Below are positions 10,135 through 19,638 of a stretch of DNA of 64,000 nucleotides, piece after piece; within the stretch, counting starts at the first letter, position 1; each line of letters starts with the position of its first letter. Source of the DNA: Nitrospirota bacterium (lineage in GTDB: Bacteria > Nitrospirota > UBA9217). The notes under the pieces were generated by a model. That model had not been told where the DNA came from and searched no databases. It saw nothing but the letters and a program-made list of their open reading frames with translations. Position numbers and translations under genes: made by a program. The stretch lies in the NCBI GenBank assembly GCA_963741205.1, contig CAVUHW010000018.1, positions 64,001 to 128,000 of the forward strand, written 5' to 3'.

Positions 10135-11325
10135 ATGAAATTAAGGAACTTACTAGTGTTGGTCTTAAGTCTGGCGGTGCTTGCGCTGGCGGGCTGCGGC
10201 AGTTCGAGCAGCAATAACACGCCGGTGTCGACTCAACCAGGAACCCAACCCGCCTTATCGACGGTCATAAACGGCCTGGCCTCAAAGGGGCCGATCAATA
10301 CGGGGACGGTGAAGGTCTTTGCCGTACGGAACGGCGTCACGGACACGTCCGTGCCGATAGCCACGGGAACAACGGACGCCAACGGAAACTTCACCGTTGA
10401 CGCCGGCGGCTTCAATGGTCCGGTCGTCGTGGAAGTGACTGACGGCTCGTTCACGGACGAGGTGACCGGCGCGAAGGTGACCCTGAAGACGCCGCTGCGG
10501 ACAATGGTAGCCGACGTCTCAACCGGGACGTCAACGGTGGCGGTTACCCCGCTGACCGAACTGGCCGCGAAAAGAACGGAAACTCACGCGGCAATAACGC
10601 CCGACGTGATTAACGAAAGCAACAAAAACGTCGGCGCCACCTTCCAGCTCGCCGACATCGTAACGACCCTGCCGATCGCGACCGGCACCGCGGAGCAGAA
10701 AAAGCACGCCTCAGCCTGCGGCGCCATTTCGCAGCTCGTGAACAGCAGCAGGCATGCGGGAGAGTCTACGGACGATGCCCTGTCAAGGGTCATGGGCGAA
10801 ATGGAAACCGAGATAGAAAATAGCGGCGGTTTATCGGATGACTCCATCAGCAAAATAAACACCGCGGTAACGGAGTTCAACAGCAGCGGTAAAGGCAGCG
10901 GCGCTCCGGTGGCAGCTCCGACCGACGGCGTGCTCAAAATCAGCACATCGGGTGCGAGCTTCATGGGCGCCCTCGACATGACGCTCAATTTACCGGCCGG
11001 AGTGACGGTGACTGTTGCCGACCCGGCCACGGGTGAAGCGGCAGCAGGGACTGTCACGAATTCAGGCGCAGCCGGCACCGGTACGCAGGTGGCGGCCAAG
11101 GTCATCCCGACAACCGGCGGTACTCCGGGTCAAGTGGTAATAGGCATGATTAACCCGGCCGGGTTCGGCGGCGGCGAGTGCCTCACGATCGACTTCAAAA
11201 TTGCCACGGGGGTGAACTTGCCGGCCGCGGCCGACTTCACCATCACCGGCGTCTCAGCCAAGGATCTCGGCGCCAAGCTGATCAATGGTGTGACTGCCGC
11301 GCCGAAATCAGTGGCAGCAATGTAA
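10135..11325 (+). CDS. Lipoprotein with an N-terminal beta-sandwich/helical region and a C-terminal cohesin-like domain
   Basis: Intact 396-aa ORF; lipobox LAGC plus Ser/Pro linker; C-terminal ~130-aa all-beta region GVLKISTSG...LDMTLNLPAGVTV...GFGGGECLTIDFKI...ADFTITGVSAKD. Confidence 0.75.
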   Translation: MKLRNLLVLVLSLAVLALAGCGSSSSNNTPVSTQPGTQPALSTVINGLASKGPINTGTVKVFAVRNGVTDTSVPIATGTTDANGNFTVDAGGFNGPVVVEVTDGSFTDEVTGAKVTLKTPLRTMVADVSTGTSTVAVTPLTELAAKRTETHAAITPDVINESNKNVGATFQLADIVTTLPIATGTAEQKKHASACGAISQLVNSSRHAGESTDDALSRVMGEMETEIENSGGLSDDSISKINTAVTEFNSSGKGSGAPVAAPTDGVLKISTSGASFMGALDMTLNLPAGVTVTVADPATGEAAAGTVTNSGAAGTGTQVAAKVIPTTGGTPGQVVIGMINPAGFGGGECLTIDFKIATGVNLPAAADFTITGVSAKDLGAKLINGVTAAPKSVAAM

Positions 11326-11346
11326 TGATGTAAGAACCACTGTTAA

Positions 11347-11380
11347 GGGGCGGCCATCCACGGCCGCCCCCTCCCTTATT
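11347..11380 (+). terminator. GC-rich hairpin terminator
   Basis: ggggcggcc-atccac-ggccgcccc after the stop at 11325; weak U tail. Confidence 0.6.
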
Positions 11381-11506
11381 CTTAGGTAACCACTCTGAAC
11401 CGCAGGTTCAGAATAAACCGTTCAAAATGAGCTTGTCGATAATATTCTCTTCTTATCCTTTTATTAACTTCTCTTAAACAAAAGGATTATTCACCTTATG
11501 ACCTAA

Positions 11507-11522
11507 TGGCATTGCTTTTGCT
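11507..11522 (+). promoter_or_regulatory. Sigma-54 (-24/-12) promoter
   Basis: TGGCATTGCTTTTGCT, GG-N10-GC spacing, upstream of the CDS at 11771. Confidence 0.75.
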
Positions 11523-11770
11523 TACAGATTACAGATATGTAAAGCAATTATAATTCAATTGCGTTCTCCGAGCTGCACTGCAGTGAGGCTGCAATCACAA
11601 CTGCATCGGTTTTTATCCGGGATACCGATGTCTTCTTAACAAATCGGCATGTCTACCCATTTATTTCGAAAATTTTGTAATAGACTTGATATAATAGAGA
11701 ATAAAAAATCGAGTGTTCGATTTAGCGGTCTTTGACGGTACAGATATCATAGCTTGAAAAGGAGAAAGCC

Positions 11771-12993
11771 ATGAAAATAAAGAGCTTAATTGTTTCGGTC
11801 CTCAGTCTGGCAATATTGGCATTGTCAGGTTGCAGTAAGAGTAGCGATAGCACGCCGGCGCCGGTTAGCCAGCCCACGTCAACGACTGCAATCGCCGGCG
11901 TGGCCTCGAAGGGTCCGATCGCGGGAGCGGTGGTACAGGTGTTTGCCATAAGGAGCAATGTCACGGACACGGTCCCGTTCGGAACGGGGCGGACGGACGC
12001 CAGGGGAAACTATGCCGTTCAGACGTTCGGCTACAAAGGTCCGGTCGTAGTCGAAGTGACCCAAGGCGCGTACAATGATGAGATTTCCGGCACGCAGGTG
12101 ACCATGAAGACCCCGCTGCGGGCGATGTTCTCGAGCGTCGGAACCGGCACGACATCAATAGCGGTAACACCCCTGACCGAGCTGGCCGCTAAAAATGCCG
12201 AAGGGCGTCCGACATTATCGACAGATGCGATCGACGCCGCGAACAACTATATCGGCGTTAACTTCGGTGTCCCCGGTATTGTTACGACGTTGCCGATTGC
12301 CAATTCCGGCGACGCGAACCAGACAAACTATGTCAACCAATTGAAAGTCTTTCAGCAGCTTGTATACAACAGCATGCAGCCGGGCGAATTGGCCGCAGGC
12401 CAGGTCAAGGGATGACGCCTTGGCAACGGTCATGGACGGTCTGGGCAATGAGCAACTACAAGACCCCCTCCATATGACGGCCACGACCACAGCCGCGTGG
12501 GCCTTCGCGACAGCTGTGTGCAATGACGCCTCTCGGCTGCAGGGAAACGCCGCCGGTTCAGAATCCCCCCGCTAATCCTGTTGGAGGAATCCTCAAATTA
12601 GCTACAGCCGGACCGGCTACTACGACTATCTTTCAAATCACACTGACGCTTGCGTTGCCGGCCGGGGTGACAGTGAATACCGCTCCGGGTTCAACCGAAG
12701 CGGGAGGAATTTCAGTCAACCTCTCCAAACTTCTAGACCCCAAGACTACCACGTTAACGGCATTAGTTACGCAGTCAACACTTACGACACCGGGTAAGAT
12801 CAACATCGTCGTCGGGGCCACGAAAAGCTTCCCTCCTGGTCAGTTTCTTATTGTTAACTTTAACCTGGATCCTGCGACCCCCCCCCCGCCTCCCGGAATT
12901 CCTGATTTCGCAATGACCGGCGTACTTATCCAGGGATTAAAGTTGGTTACACTCGACGGGATAACCATTTCGCCGGCGCTGACATATCTTTAG
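11771..12993 (+). CDS. Paralogous lipoprotein with C-terminal cohesin-like domain; frameshifted near 12410 and 12530
   Basis: Lipobox LSGC; GVASKGPI, GPVVVEVT, KTPLRAM, AVTPLTELAAK shared with the 10135 ORF; C-terminal GILKLATAG...LTLALPAGVTV...GQFLIVNFNL...DFAMTGV. Confidence 0.75.
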
Positions 12994-13007
12994 CAATAGA
13001 AAGATGG

Positions 13008-13041
13008 GAGGCGGCCTTTCTCAGGCCGCCTCTTTTTTTTT
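13008..13041 (+). terminator. Rho-independent terminator
   Basis: gaggcggcct-ttctc-aggccgcctc followed by a T9 run. Confidence 0.85.
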
Positions 13042-13265
13042 CAAACTAGTCACACGGGCTGTCACCTAACTCAGCATTAAATCCTCGGGCAACTACTCAG
13101 ACGGTCTTCTCTTGCAGACGTCATTCCTAAACGTTTTAATCAATCCCATGCTTCCAAAATAAACTGGGGTCTCCATGGCTTTATGCATACCGGTAAGGGT
13201 TTTATTGGCATTCGGGGACGATGAACTATAGATACTTGAGTAGTTGCTTTTTCGATACATCGAGG

Positions 13266-13905
13266 TTAGATCAAAAGCAGTTCGCGGTCGCCTTGAAGAT
13301 ATCGACGGCTGAGCAGGAGGAGTTTGAGGTAGTAGTTGTCGAGGCAGGGAACGAAGTCGTCTGCTGAAACCTTGACCGCTTCGGTGCGGTAATCAGACCT
13401 GTGGAGAATGACCTCGATTTTCGCGGCGGTGCCCGCGAACAGGGCTATCCCCTTCTCCAGTTCCATCTCGATCACGCCGTCTAGTTCATCCCGCTGGAGT
13501 GAAAGCTCATGCGGGACGGACATCGCGGGGCAGCAGGAAGATGTCCTGGAACTCGTATTCTTTGATGCCGGGAGTGAAACAGTACACGAAGACCCTGCGG
13601 CCGACGGGAATGAGTTCGTCAAACCGAACGTCCAGCCCGAGTTCTTCCCTGATCTCTCGAGGACCGGCGACCTTCGCATCTTCTCCCGCGGCATAGTGGC
13701 CGCCGACGCTCACGTCGAACATCCCCGGCGCGATCTTCTTCGTCAGGGACCGTTTCTGGAAAAGCGCATACCCCTGTCCGCCCCGCTCGCTGATAATGAG
13801 GCAATGAAAGGCGCCGTGCCACGCGCCGGTGCGGTGCGCTTCATCGCGCTCGATGATCTCGCCGGTCTTCCCGCCGCGGCAGTCCAGGATATCGAAGGTT
13901 TCCAT
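13266..13905 (-). CDS. NUDIX hydrolase (IPP-isomerase-like); frameshifted
   Basis: METFDILD...RDEAHRTGAWH...QKRS..K..APGMFDVSVGGHY...REIREELG. Confidence 0.82.
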
Positions 13906-14201
13906 AATGCGGCCTCCGGCATGAAGGCGCATGGCGAGAGCGCAAGGCGTCAAGCTTTTACGCTATGCACTATGCGATATGCGCTTTGCGAATCATCTGA
14001 GTGAATCTGCGATCTGATCCAATCGCAGCTCGGGTTGGACGGCATCTCATTATAATCTGAACCCCATTTCCATTGCACGATAATTCCCCGTCCTGAAAAC
14101 TTCTCTGGCGCCCCCCTGGTGATTCCGGTATAATAGTGCACACAGGAGGCGGACATGGCCGCTTCGCCAAGCATGAAATGCCGGATTATGCACCATGCAT
14201 T

Positions 14202-15195
14202 ATGAGCATATCAACCTTCTTCAGCTCCTTTGCGGGCATGTATGTCGCGCAGTCGTTCTTTCACTCGTTCATAACGGCGCTTCTCGTTGACGCCGCGCTC
14301 CGGGCGTGGAGGATTGAGAACCCAGTCGTGCGCCAGCGCTTCCGTCTCCTCATCATAATCCTGCCGATTCTTTCGTTTCCCCTGTACCAGTCAATAAACC
14401 CGGAGCGGGGCCGGCTCGTCTTCAGGCTGGACGCCCTGTTCGATACAGCCCGCTGGATGAACCTGGAAATCTGGCGGGACATCCCGGCGGGGATGCTGTT
14501 CCTCCTGCTGTTGCTCCTGACAACGCTTGTTTTCATCGCTCAAGAGCTGCTCCCCATCATCAAGCATGCTGTCGCTTCGAGAAGGACCGAAGCGGCATGG
14601 CGAAAAACCCGGTGAGGATTCCGTGGTCGGCAGGGCCTTGTCGGCCCTCCCCGACCCAAAACCCGAGGTCTTCATCATCGACGACGATGATCTGGTCCTG
14701 TTCGTTACCACGGGAAAGCGGCCTATGGTATTTATTTCCACCGGGACCGTGGATGCGCTTTCGCAGGAAGAGATCGAGGCGGCCATAGCCCATGAGATAG
14801 CCCATATCGAACGAAACAAGCGGCCCATGCTCATCATCGTTTTCCTGCTCCGGATCGTTCAGTTCTTCAACCCGATCGCCCTCATGGAATTCCGGATGAT
14901 CGTACAGGAAGAAGAAAAAATATGCGATGATTCCGCGGTTGCTCTGACGGGAAAGTCACGGGCGCTCGCGGCCACGCTCCGCAAGTTCCACGGCCCCGCC
15001 TCCGGCGGGCAAGCGGAGCAAGCGCGTGTCGCCGCACCGCTCGGGGAACGCCTGGAGGATTACAGCCACGCGCTCATCATCGAGAACAGGGTTGCGCGCC
15101 TGGAAACAAACCATATGCAGAATACCAAGGGATATCGTTTCGCGTTCGTCCTCACGGTCGCCGCGATCCTCGCCATCAACTACTCCATCGTCTGA
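14202..15195 (+). CDS. Membrane zinc metallopeptidase, M56 (BlaR1-like)/M48 family; frameshift near 14600
   Basis: Several TM helices, then AAIAHEIAHI (HExxH), FFNP, EEEKICDD. Confidence 0.82.
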
Positions 15196-15212
15196 CGTCA
15201 CAAGGAGGCCCC

Positions 15213-15767
15213 ATGCGGGAACGAATAAAGGGTTTCATCGTGTTCGTCATTGCGGTTGTTGCTTTGTTCGGCTTGCTCAAAGCGCTCAACTGGGTCCCTG
15301 GCGCTCTGCAGGAAGGCCTTCCGAGCGCCTACAGCAGCATAGAAGAGGTAACGGCGAAACTGCATATCCGCGACATCTCCGTCCCAACCTATTACCCCCA
15401 GGGGCTGCGCTGGCCCCCCTCCCGGATAACGGCTCAGTCCAAGCCCTACACCATGGTCTTGATGGAATTCCAGCGCAAGGAAGACAATCGTGTTTCCCTC
15501 GTCATCTCACAGACGGCGCTTTCCCATCCGGCGCCGGAGCCGGGAGTCGAGCTGATCCGCACGATGGAAACGGTCCGCTATCCTTTCAAGGGAAGAAATG
15601 CCTTGCTCGAAGTGGGCCAATGTCGGAACAACGAGCAGTGCAGCCGTATCTCGTGGAGCGAGCCTCCCTACCGCGTGGATATCATCATGCTGTCCCCCCC
15701 TTCGGAGATCGTAAAAATTGCGGACAGCATGGTCTCTGAACATGAGCCGTACGAGCACGCGAAGTAG
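15213..15767 (+). CDS. Membrane-anchored hypothetical protein (PxYxPxxxxWPP motif)
   Basis: RBS aggagg; 184-aa ORF with N-terminal TM; VPTYYPQGLRWPPSRI. Confidence 0.75.
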   Translation: MRERIKGFIVFVIAVVALFGLLKALNWVPGALQEGLPSAYSSIEEVTAKLHIRDISVPTYYPQGLRWPPSRITAQSKPYTMVLMEFQRKEDNRVSLVISQTALSHPAPEPGVELIRTMETVRYPFKGRNALLEVGQCRNNEQCSRISWSEPPYRVDIIMLSPPSEIVKIADSMVSEHEPYEHAK

Positions 15768-15964
15768 CCTGTCGCCGCATTTCCTCCTCCGAACCAGATC
15801 CCTTATCATCCTTGCCGGCCTCTCTCCCCGCGCTCTCTGCTGTTTTTCTCCTAAGAACTAATACCCTGTCGAATACGAGTTTATCCCGATTCACACGGCG
15901 CCCGTTCTTTGGTATGTTTCAATCAACAATACAATAAACCACAATCGAAAGGAGGGAACACACC

Positions 15965-16333
15965 ATGTTTAAACACACGGGAGGACAGCAGGTCGGGAGC
16001 GGAACCTATTGGGATGTTATGACCGGACTCAGGGTCGACATGGATCAGGAAGGCATGCTCCCCGGAGGAAAGGGTGCCAGGTACATGAAAGCATCATCGG
16101 GCGCAATAGTGTTATGGGGGCCTGTTCTTGGATTGGCCTACATCATTCTTCTGCCGATCATGGGCATCGTGACAGCGTTCAGTCTCCTGCTGCAAACGAC
16201 GCTCGGCGGAGTGTTCAACCTGGGCAAGAGCATCGTCTCCTTCGGGTGGAGGCCCAGCGAGGCGTATCTGGGCGGTAAAAACAAAAAGAAAGATGATAAC
16301 AGCAGGCCTGAAAGATCACCCGACCACAAGTGA
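15965..16333 (+). CDS. Small membrane protein A, copy 1 (GTYW...LPG...WRPxEAYL family)
   Basis: Strong RBS aaggaggg; 122 aa; central hydrophobic segment; paralog at 17156. Confidence 0.85.
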   Translation: MFKHTGGQQVGSGTYWDVMTGLRVDMDQEGMLPGGKGARYMKASSGAIVLWGPVLGLAYIILLPIMGIVTAFSLLLQTTLGGVFNLGKSIVSFGWRPSEAYLGGKNKKKDDNSRPERSPDHK

Positions 16334-16407
16334 GTGGTGTCCATGCAGACAGTATCGCGATGATCCGCGACAGCAGTTAACGTATAGACTCCAAGGAGGA
16401 GCATGCT

Positions 16408-16809
16408 ATGAATACCATGTTTGATTTTGTCACGCATGTAAAAGGGATCGAGTACATCCTATCCCTGGCCTTGATTGCCGGGTATCTTCTGTTCTGGGAA
16501 GCACTGAAGCCCAAGCCGTTCCAAAAGGTGAAGGAGACCGGCCAGGAGGACCTGGAGCACGTCAAACAGACCGGGTTCAAGAACATGCTGAAGTTGGCGG
16601 GAAAGGTGGCCACCGCGCCCTTCGTCGGGCTGCTCTATATCATCCTTCTCCCCGTCGGCATGGTCAGCGCGCTGTTCTACACCCTGATCACGGGTTTGGC
16701 CGGGAAAGGCACGTCATTTTCCTGGAGACCGGCGGAAGCGTATCTCTCCGGCCAAAAGAAGACCAAGAAGCACGGACCTGACGACATCAAGCCGGATGAG
16801 AAGAAATAA
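16408..16809 (+). CDS. Small membrane protein B, copy 1; HmcD-like N-terminus plus WRPxEAYL C-terminal module
   Basis: RBS aaggagg; MFDFVTHVKGIEYILSLALIAGYLLFWEAL resembles HmcD (DF.T.TKG..Y...FW..L). Confidence 0.8.
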   Translation: MNTMFDFVTHVKGIEYILSLALIAGYLLFWEALKPKPFQKVKETGQEDLEHVKQTGFKNMLKLAGKVATAPFVGLLYIILLPVGMVSALFYTLITGLAGKGTSFSWRPAEAYLSGQKKTKKHGPDDIKPDEKK

Positions 16810-16821
16810 CTCTTATGAGAG

Positions 16822-16858
16822 GAAAGGGCGCTTAAAACAAGCGACCCTTTCTTTTTTT
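16822..16858 (+). terminator. Rho-independent terminator between the two cassette copies
   Basis: gaaagggcgctt-aaaac-aagcgaccctttc followed by a T run. Confidence 0.75.
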
Positions 16859-17155
16859 GTGCATATGGGCATACTGATATCGGGCCATCCTGACGTTGTC
16901 AACTGTTTCCTTCTTTTTTTGATAATGTTACGGGTTACAAGAGGACAGACCGCGCTGATATGAGGACGGCAGGAACGCCCCGACGAAGAAACATTGCTAT
17001 CCTTTGCTAAGAAAGCAGTCATAAGCGTTACTTTTTGTTACTACGAGTATATTCCCTGTCAACTACGAATTTATCCCGATTCACACGGCACCGTTTCGCT
17101 GATATGTTTTCAATCAACAACATGATAAACCCCAATCGAAAGGAGGGAACACACC

Positions 17156-17524
17156 ATGTTGAAATATACGGGAGGACAGCAGGTCGGAAGCGGAACCTAT
17201 TGGGATGTTATGACCGGACTGAGGGTAGACATGGATCAGGAAGGCATGCTCCCCGGAGGAAAAGGGGCCAGGTACATGAAAGCATCCTCGGGAGCAATAG
17301 TGTTATGGGGGCCTGTTCTTGGATTGGCCTACATCGTTATTCTGCCGATCATGGGCATCGTGACGGTGTTCAGTCTCCTGCTGCAAAGAACGCTCGGAGG
17401 AGTGTTCAACCTGGGCAAGAGCATCGTCTCCTTCGGATGGAGGCCCTCCGTGGCATACCTGGGCGGCAAAAACAGAAAGAAAGATAACCGCGACGAGTCA
17501 AAGAAAGCACCCCTTGGAAAATGA
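17156..17524 (+). CDS. Small membrane protein A, copy 2
   Basis: 122 aa, near-identical to 15965..16333 except for the tail. Confidence 0.85.
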   Translation: MLKYTGGQQVGSGTYWDVMTGLRVDMDQEGMLPGGKGARYMKASSGAIVLWGPVLGLAYIVILPIMGIVTVFSLLLQRTLGGVFNLGKSIVSFGWRPSVAYLGGKNRKKDNRDESKKAPLGK

Positions 17525-17598
17525 GCGGATCAGACACGGAAACATCACGATCATAAACCGACAGCATAGAAAATCCAAAACCGAAGAAAGGACACCCT

Positions 17599-18001
17599 AT
17601 GAATACCATGTTTGATTTTGTCACCCATGTTAAGGGGATCGAGTACATCCTATCCCTGGCCTTAATTGCCGGATATCTTCTGTTCTGGGAAGCACTGAAG
17701 CCCAAACCGTTCCAGAAGGTGAAGGAGACAGGCCAGGAGGACCTGGAGCACGTTAAACAGACCGGCTTCAAGAATACGCTGAAGTTGGCGGCAAAGGTGG
17801 TCTCCGCGCCCTTCGTCGGACTGCTCTATGTCATCCTCCTCCCCGTCGGGATGGTCAGCGCGCTGTTCTACACCCTGATCACGGGTTTGGCCGGGAAAGG
17901 CACGTCATTTTCCTGGAGACCGGCGGAAGCGTACCTCTGCCGGTAAGAAGAAAACCAAGAAGCAGGATGCTGACGAAAACAAGGACTCCGAGAAGAAGTA
18001 A
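17599..18001 (+). CDS. Small membrane protein B, copy 2 (HmcD-like); probable indel near 17940
   Basis: Near-identical to 16408..16809; alternate frame gives GKKKTKKQDADENKDSEKK*. Confidence 0.8.
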
Positions 18002-18076
18002 TAGGTCCGCAGAAGGAGGGGTGCGAGCAAGCACAGCATCCCTCTCCTGAATGCTCGTTAAGGAGGAAGGGAAAGA

Positions 18077-18580
18077 ATGAAAACTCTTGTCGTGGTCACC
18101 GTATCGTTGTGCTTTATCCTGCTTTTGTTGCCCTTCGCAAACGCCGAAACCGGATCACCGCCGCCCGCTGCGTCGGGGGCTGCAGCCGCACCGAAGACCG
18201 TTAAACTGGACAGTCTGGTCAATTCGTACAAGCCCGTACTTTTCAATCATGAAAAACATATTGCCATTGCCGGCGATTGTGGTACCTGTCATCATCAGCA
18301 TGGAAACAATGCAAGCCTGCCTTGTCATGAATGTCATCGCGTCACGGCGTCTTCGTTTAAAAGCTCGGTCACGGGAAATTTCATGGCATGCAAAAATTGC
18401 CATGGCGCCTATGATCCCGCAACACCCCAGATGCCGGGACTCAAGGTCGCCTATCACCGCCAGTGCTTTCAGTGCCACCGCGGCATGGCCGGAGTAGGTG
18501 TTGATCCCAGGGGCTGCACCGTCATGTGTCATGACAAGCGTGAACAGAAGTCGAGCGCGAAGGTGAATCTCGCTCACTAA
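18077..18580 (+). CDS. Periplasmic class III (c3-type) multiheme cytochrome c, about 5 hemes
   Basis: Signal peptide; PVLFNHEKH; CGTCHH, CHECH, CKNCH, PGLKVAYHRQCFQCH, CTVMCH. Confidence 0.9.
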   Translation: MKTLVVVTVSLCFILLLLPFANAETGSPPPAASGAAAAPKTVKLDSLVNSYKPVLFNHEKHIAIAGDCGTCHHQHGNNASLPCHECHRVTASSFKSSVTGNFMACKNCHGAYDPATPQMPGLKVAYHRQCFQCHRGMAGVGVDPRGCTVMCHDKREQKSSAKVNLAH

Positions 18581-18621
18581 CGGCAGCGCATACCGCGTTT
18601 TACCAAAGAGGAGGAAGTATC

Positions 18622-19620
18622 ATGATGGATAAGAACGAAAAAAAACCCTCTGCCGGCGATTTGGTGTCCGAGAAGACCGAGGACGGCCGAAAGAAGTCCG
18701 CACCCGGCGAGATGGGTGACAGTCTGAACTTTACCCGGAGAAGATTCATGGGCACCGTCGCGGCGATAGGCGGAGCTCTCGGGGTGGCCGGCCTGGTGTC
18801 AAAGGCAAAGACCGCAAGCGCCAAGGAATTCAACGGCGCGGCCGACCGCTACGGCGTCTTGTACGATCTCACCGCCTGCGTGGGCTGCCGCAGCTGCGAA
18901 AAGGCCTGCAACGCGGAGAACAAACTGGCGCCGCCCAAAGTGCCCTTCGACGATCCCTCGGTCTTCGAGGAGACGCGAAGGCCGATGGTCGAGTCCTATA
19001 CGGTGGTCAACCGGTACCCGAACCCCAAGGACCCCGACAAACCGCTCTACCGGAAGATCCAATGCAATCATTGCAATGAACCGGCATGCGCCAGCGCCTG
19101 TCCTATCCATGCGTACACAAAAACGCCGGAAGGTCCGGTCACGTATGACGTGAATCTCTGTTTCGGCTGCCGGTATTGCATGGTCGCCTGCCCCTACTAT
19201 ATCCCGGCGTATGACTACGACAGCGCCCTGGAGCCGCGGATTTCCAAGTGCACCATGTGCAGTCACCGTGTGAAAGAGGGCCGTCCGACGGCATGCTCCG
19301 AGGCCTGTCCCACGGGGGCGCTCACCTTCGGGAAACGCAACGACCTGATCAAGCTCGCGCGGGAGCGTATGATGAAGAACCCCGATAAGTACGTAGACCA
19401 CATTTTCGGCGAGAACGAGGGCGGAGGAACGAGCTGGCTCTATATTTCCGGCGTCCCCTTCGAACACTACGGGTTCCCGACGCATATCCAGAAGGCCCCG
19501 ATGCTGGAAAACACAAAGGGGTTCCTGGCGAGCGTTCCGCTGGTGTTCACCATTTGGCCCGCCCTCTTCGGCATGCTCTACTCCGCGACCCAGCACCGGA
19601 GCGATTCTAAGAACAGATGA
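18622..19620 (+). CDS. hmcB: Tat-exported 4x[4Fe-4S] subunit, HmcB/HybA-like
   Basis: TRRRFM Tat motif; DLTACVGCRSCEKAC, CNHCNEPACASACP, CFGCRYCMVACP, KCTMC; GENEGGGTSWLYISGVPF; C-terminal TM VPLVFTIWPAL. Confidence 0.85.
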   Translation: MMDKNEKKPSAGDLVSEKTEDGRKKSAPGEMGDSLNFTRRRFMGTVAAIGGALGVAGLVSKAKTASAKEFNGAADRYGVLYDLTACVGCRSCEKACNAENKLAPPKVPFDDPSVFEETRRPMVESYTVVNRYPNPKDPDKPLYRKIQCNHCNEPACASACPIHAYTKTPEGPVTYDVNLCFGCRYCMVACPYYIPAYDYDSALEPRISKCTMCSHRVKEGRPTACSEACPTGALTFGKRNDLIKLARERMMKNPDKYVDHIFGENEGGGTSWLYISGVPFEHYGFPTHIQKAPMLENTKGFLASVPLVFTIWPALFGMLYSATQHRSDSKNR

Positions 19621-19638
19621 AGAAACGGAGGGGAAGAA

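Larger units (their letters stand above)
15861..18001 (+). repeat. Tandem duplication of a ~950-bp two-gene cassette including its upstream region (copy 1 ~15861-16810, copy 2 ~17051-18001)
   Basis: Near-identical DNA from ccctgtc...ttatcccgattcacacggc through both ORFs. Confidence 0.95.

Noticed and set aside
17085-17100. cggcaccgtttcgct as a sigma-54 promoter
   Set aside because: The spacing is GG-N9-GC rather than N10, and the motif is not kept in the duplicated copy.
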